Of a DNA stretch of 64,000 nt, positions 62,455-64,000 are shown in pieces. Where the stretch lies: positions 2,208,001 through 2,272,000 of the forward strand of contig CAVUAK010000001.1 of NCBI GenBank assembly GCA_963739455.1. Direction: 5' to 3'. The notes beneath the pieces are model-generated. The model searched no databases. It was not told where the DNA came from and saw only the letters and a list, made by a program, of their open reading frames with translations. Positions within the stretch are counted from its first letter, which is position 1. Each line of letters starts with the position of its first letter. This DNA comes from an uncultured Gemmatimonadales bacterium. GTDB lineage: Bacteria > Gemmatimonadota > Gemmatimonadetes > Gemmatimonadales > GWC2-71-9. The position numbers were made by a program, and so were the translations under genes.

Positions 62455-63547
62455 ATGAAGCGCCGAACGCTGATCATCCTTGCCATTCTCGTCCCCCTCC
62501 TCGCTGCCGGCGGGTGGGCGGCCAAAAAGAAGTTTGGGACCAAGAAGGACGAAGGACCAAAGCCCGTGGCCGTCACCCGCGGGGAACTGACCGACAAGGC
62601 GATGGCGATCGGAACGATCGAGCCGCGGGTTGAGGTGGGCGTGAAGTCGAACCTGGCCGGCGTGGTGCGGAAGCGGTACGCCGAGGTGGGCGATTACGTG
62701 AAGCGTGGCGCGCCACTGCTGGAGATCTCGCCCAACCCGACGCCGCTGGAACTGATCGAGCTGCGGCGCAGCATCGAGATGCGCGAGATCGAGCTCAAGA
62801 ACCTGCAGAAGGAGCTGGAGCGGCAGACCGAACTCAAGAGGCAGAACCTGAACTCGGACGACGGACTACGAGCTGGCCCAGCGACGGGTGGAGGAGTCGA
62901 CGGTGCAGCTCTCGCTGGCACGCGAGCGGCTGGCCCTGCAGGAGAGCGGCAAGGTGGACGGCGGCAGCACGGTGGAGACCATCATCCGCTCGCCGATCGA
63001 CGGCTTCGTGCTGGAGGACTCGATCGAGATCGGGGACCCGGTAGTGGCCCTCTCGCCGTACCAGGAGGGCACCGTCCTCATGCGCATGGCTGCGATGAAG
63101 GACCTGCTCTTCCGCGGCACGGTGGACGAGATCGACGTGGGCCGCCTGACCGAGGGGATGCCGGTGATCATCAAGATCGGCGCGCTGCCGGACGCCCAGG
63201 TGAAGGGCAAGCTCTCCAAGATCTGGCTCAAGGCGCGGAAGCAGGACCAGGCAACGGTATTTCCGATCGAGATCACGCTGCTCGAGGTGAAGGGGACGAC
63301 CCTTCGCGCCGGCTATTCCGCCAACGCGGAGGTGATCATCGCGCGGCGCGACAGCGTGCTGCTCATTCCCGAGCGGCTCATCACGCAGCGGAACGACTCA
63401 TCGTTCGTGCAGGTGAAGCAGGCGGACGGCACCGGCGCGGAGCGGTACATCAAGACCGGCCTGAGCGACGCGATCAACGTCGAGGTGCTCGACGGCCTCA
63501 CTGAGGGCGAGCTGGTCATGGAGAAGCCGCCCAAGGAGATCACCTGA
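62455..63547 (+). CDS. MacA-like efflux periplasmic adaptor (frameshift near 62862)
   Basis: N-terminal TM, GTIEP..VGVKS..GVV..EVGDYVKRG, coiled coil, IRSPIDG, VDEIDVG, EVLDGL. Confidence 0.85.
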
Positions 63548-63548
63548 C

Positions 63549-64000
63549 GTGTTCCGCGAGTTCTTCGCGGACATCCGCACCCAGAAGCTCCGCACCTCCC
63601 TCACCGTCCTCGGCATTGCCTGGGGGACGGTGGCGGTGGTGGTGCTGCTGGCATTCGGGGCAGGGCTCGAGCGGCAGACGAAGAAGCGCTTTCACGGGCT
63701 GGGCGACCGGATCGTGATCCTGTTCGGTGGACAGTACCACCAAGGCCTTCGCCGGGTTCCCCAACGGGCGCGATATCCAGCTCACCGAGGACGACGCGAC
63801 GCTGCTGCGGCGCGAGGTGGCCGAGATCGCGCAGATCTCGCCGGAGTACATCTCGCGCTCGACGCGGGTGCACCGCGGCCTCAAGGCGGCGAACCCGGCC
63901 GTGACCGGCATCCTGCCGGAGTACGGCGACATGCGGAACATCATCCCGCAGGCCGGGGGACGGTTCATCAACGAGCAGGACGTGGCAGAGCGCCGGCGCG
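63549..64000 (+). CDS. MacB/FtsX-type ABC permease (partial; frameshift near 63732)
   Basis: KLRTSLTVLGIAWGTVAVVVLLAFG, GRFINEQD. Confidence 0.82.
   Translation, partial: MFREFFADIRTQKLRTSLTVLGIAWGTVAVVVLLAFGAGLERQTKKRFHGLGDRIVILFGGQYHQGLRRVPQRARYPAHRGRRDAAAARGGRDRADLAGVHLALDAGAPRPQGGEPGRDRHPAGVRRHAEHHPAGRGTVHQRAGRGRAPA

Noticed and set aside
1..64000. CRISPR array or IS elements
   Set aside because: No repeat-spacer periodicity, cas genes or transposase ORFs seen; the repeats found are short tandem units.

Overview
GC-rich bacterial chromosomal segment. The gene order and protein styles suggest Gemmatimonadota (inference). Apart from a 5'-truncated Ser/Thr kinase on the minus strand, every gene is on the plus strand, often coupled by ATGA/GTGA overlaps. 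Order: apaG-tilS-hpt-ftsH-folP-DUF2723-yggS-divIVA-PNP-ileS-dksA-lspA-rluA; a 17.5 kb signalling cluster; a peptidase, tRNA-Val, a secreted TPR-like protein and tRNA-Asp; the dcw cluster (rsmH to ftsZ, without mraZ/murB/ddl) and an M23 peptidase; a sigma54-regulated sulfatase module; hisA; and a MacAB-type exporter. The standout is the signalling cluster (17398-34905). A complete F1-type chemosensory pathway with no receptor gene in the window (cheW,Y,A,C ... cheR,D,B,W,W) encloses an MglA/MglB GTPase module, two extra roadblock proteins, two PATAN/DUF4388-MshEN-like-TPR proteins, TPR scaffolds and a protein made of two tandem DnaA-type AAA+ domains with no DNA-binding domain. About 13 genes, many essential, carry frameshifts (almost all +1), most likely long-read assembly errors. 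Short tandem 9-mer and 7-mer repeats recur inside and between genes.
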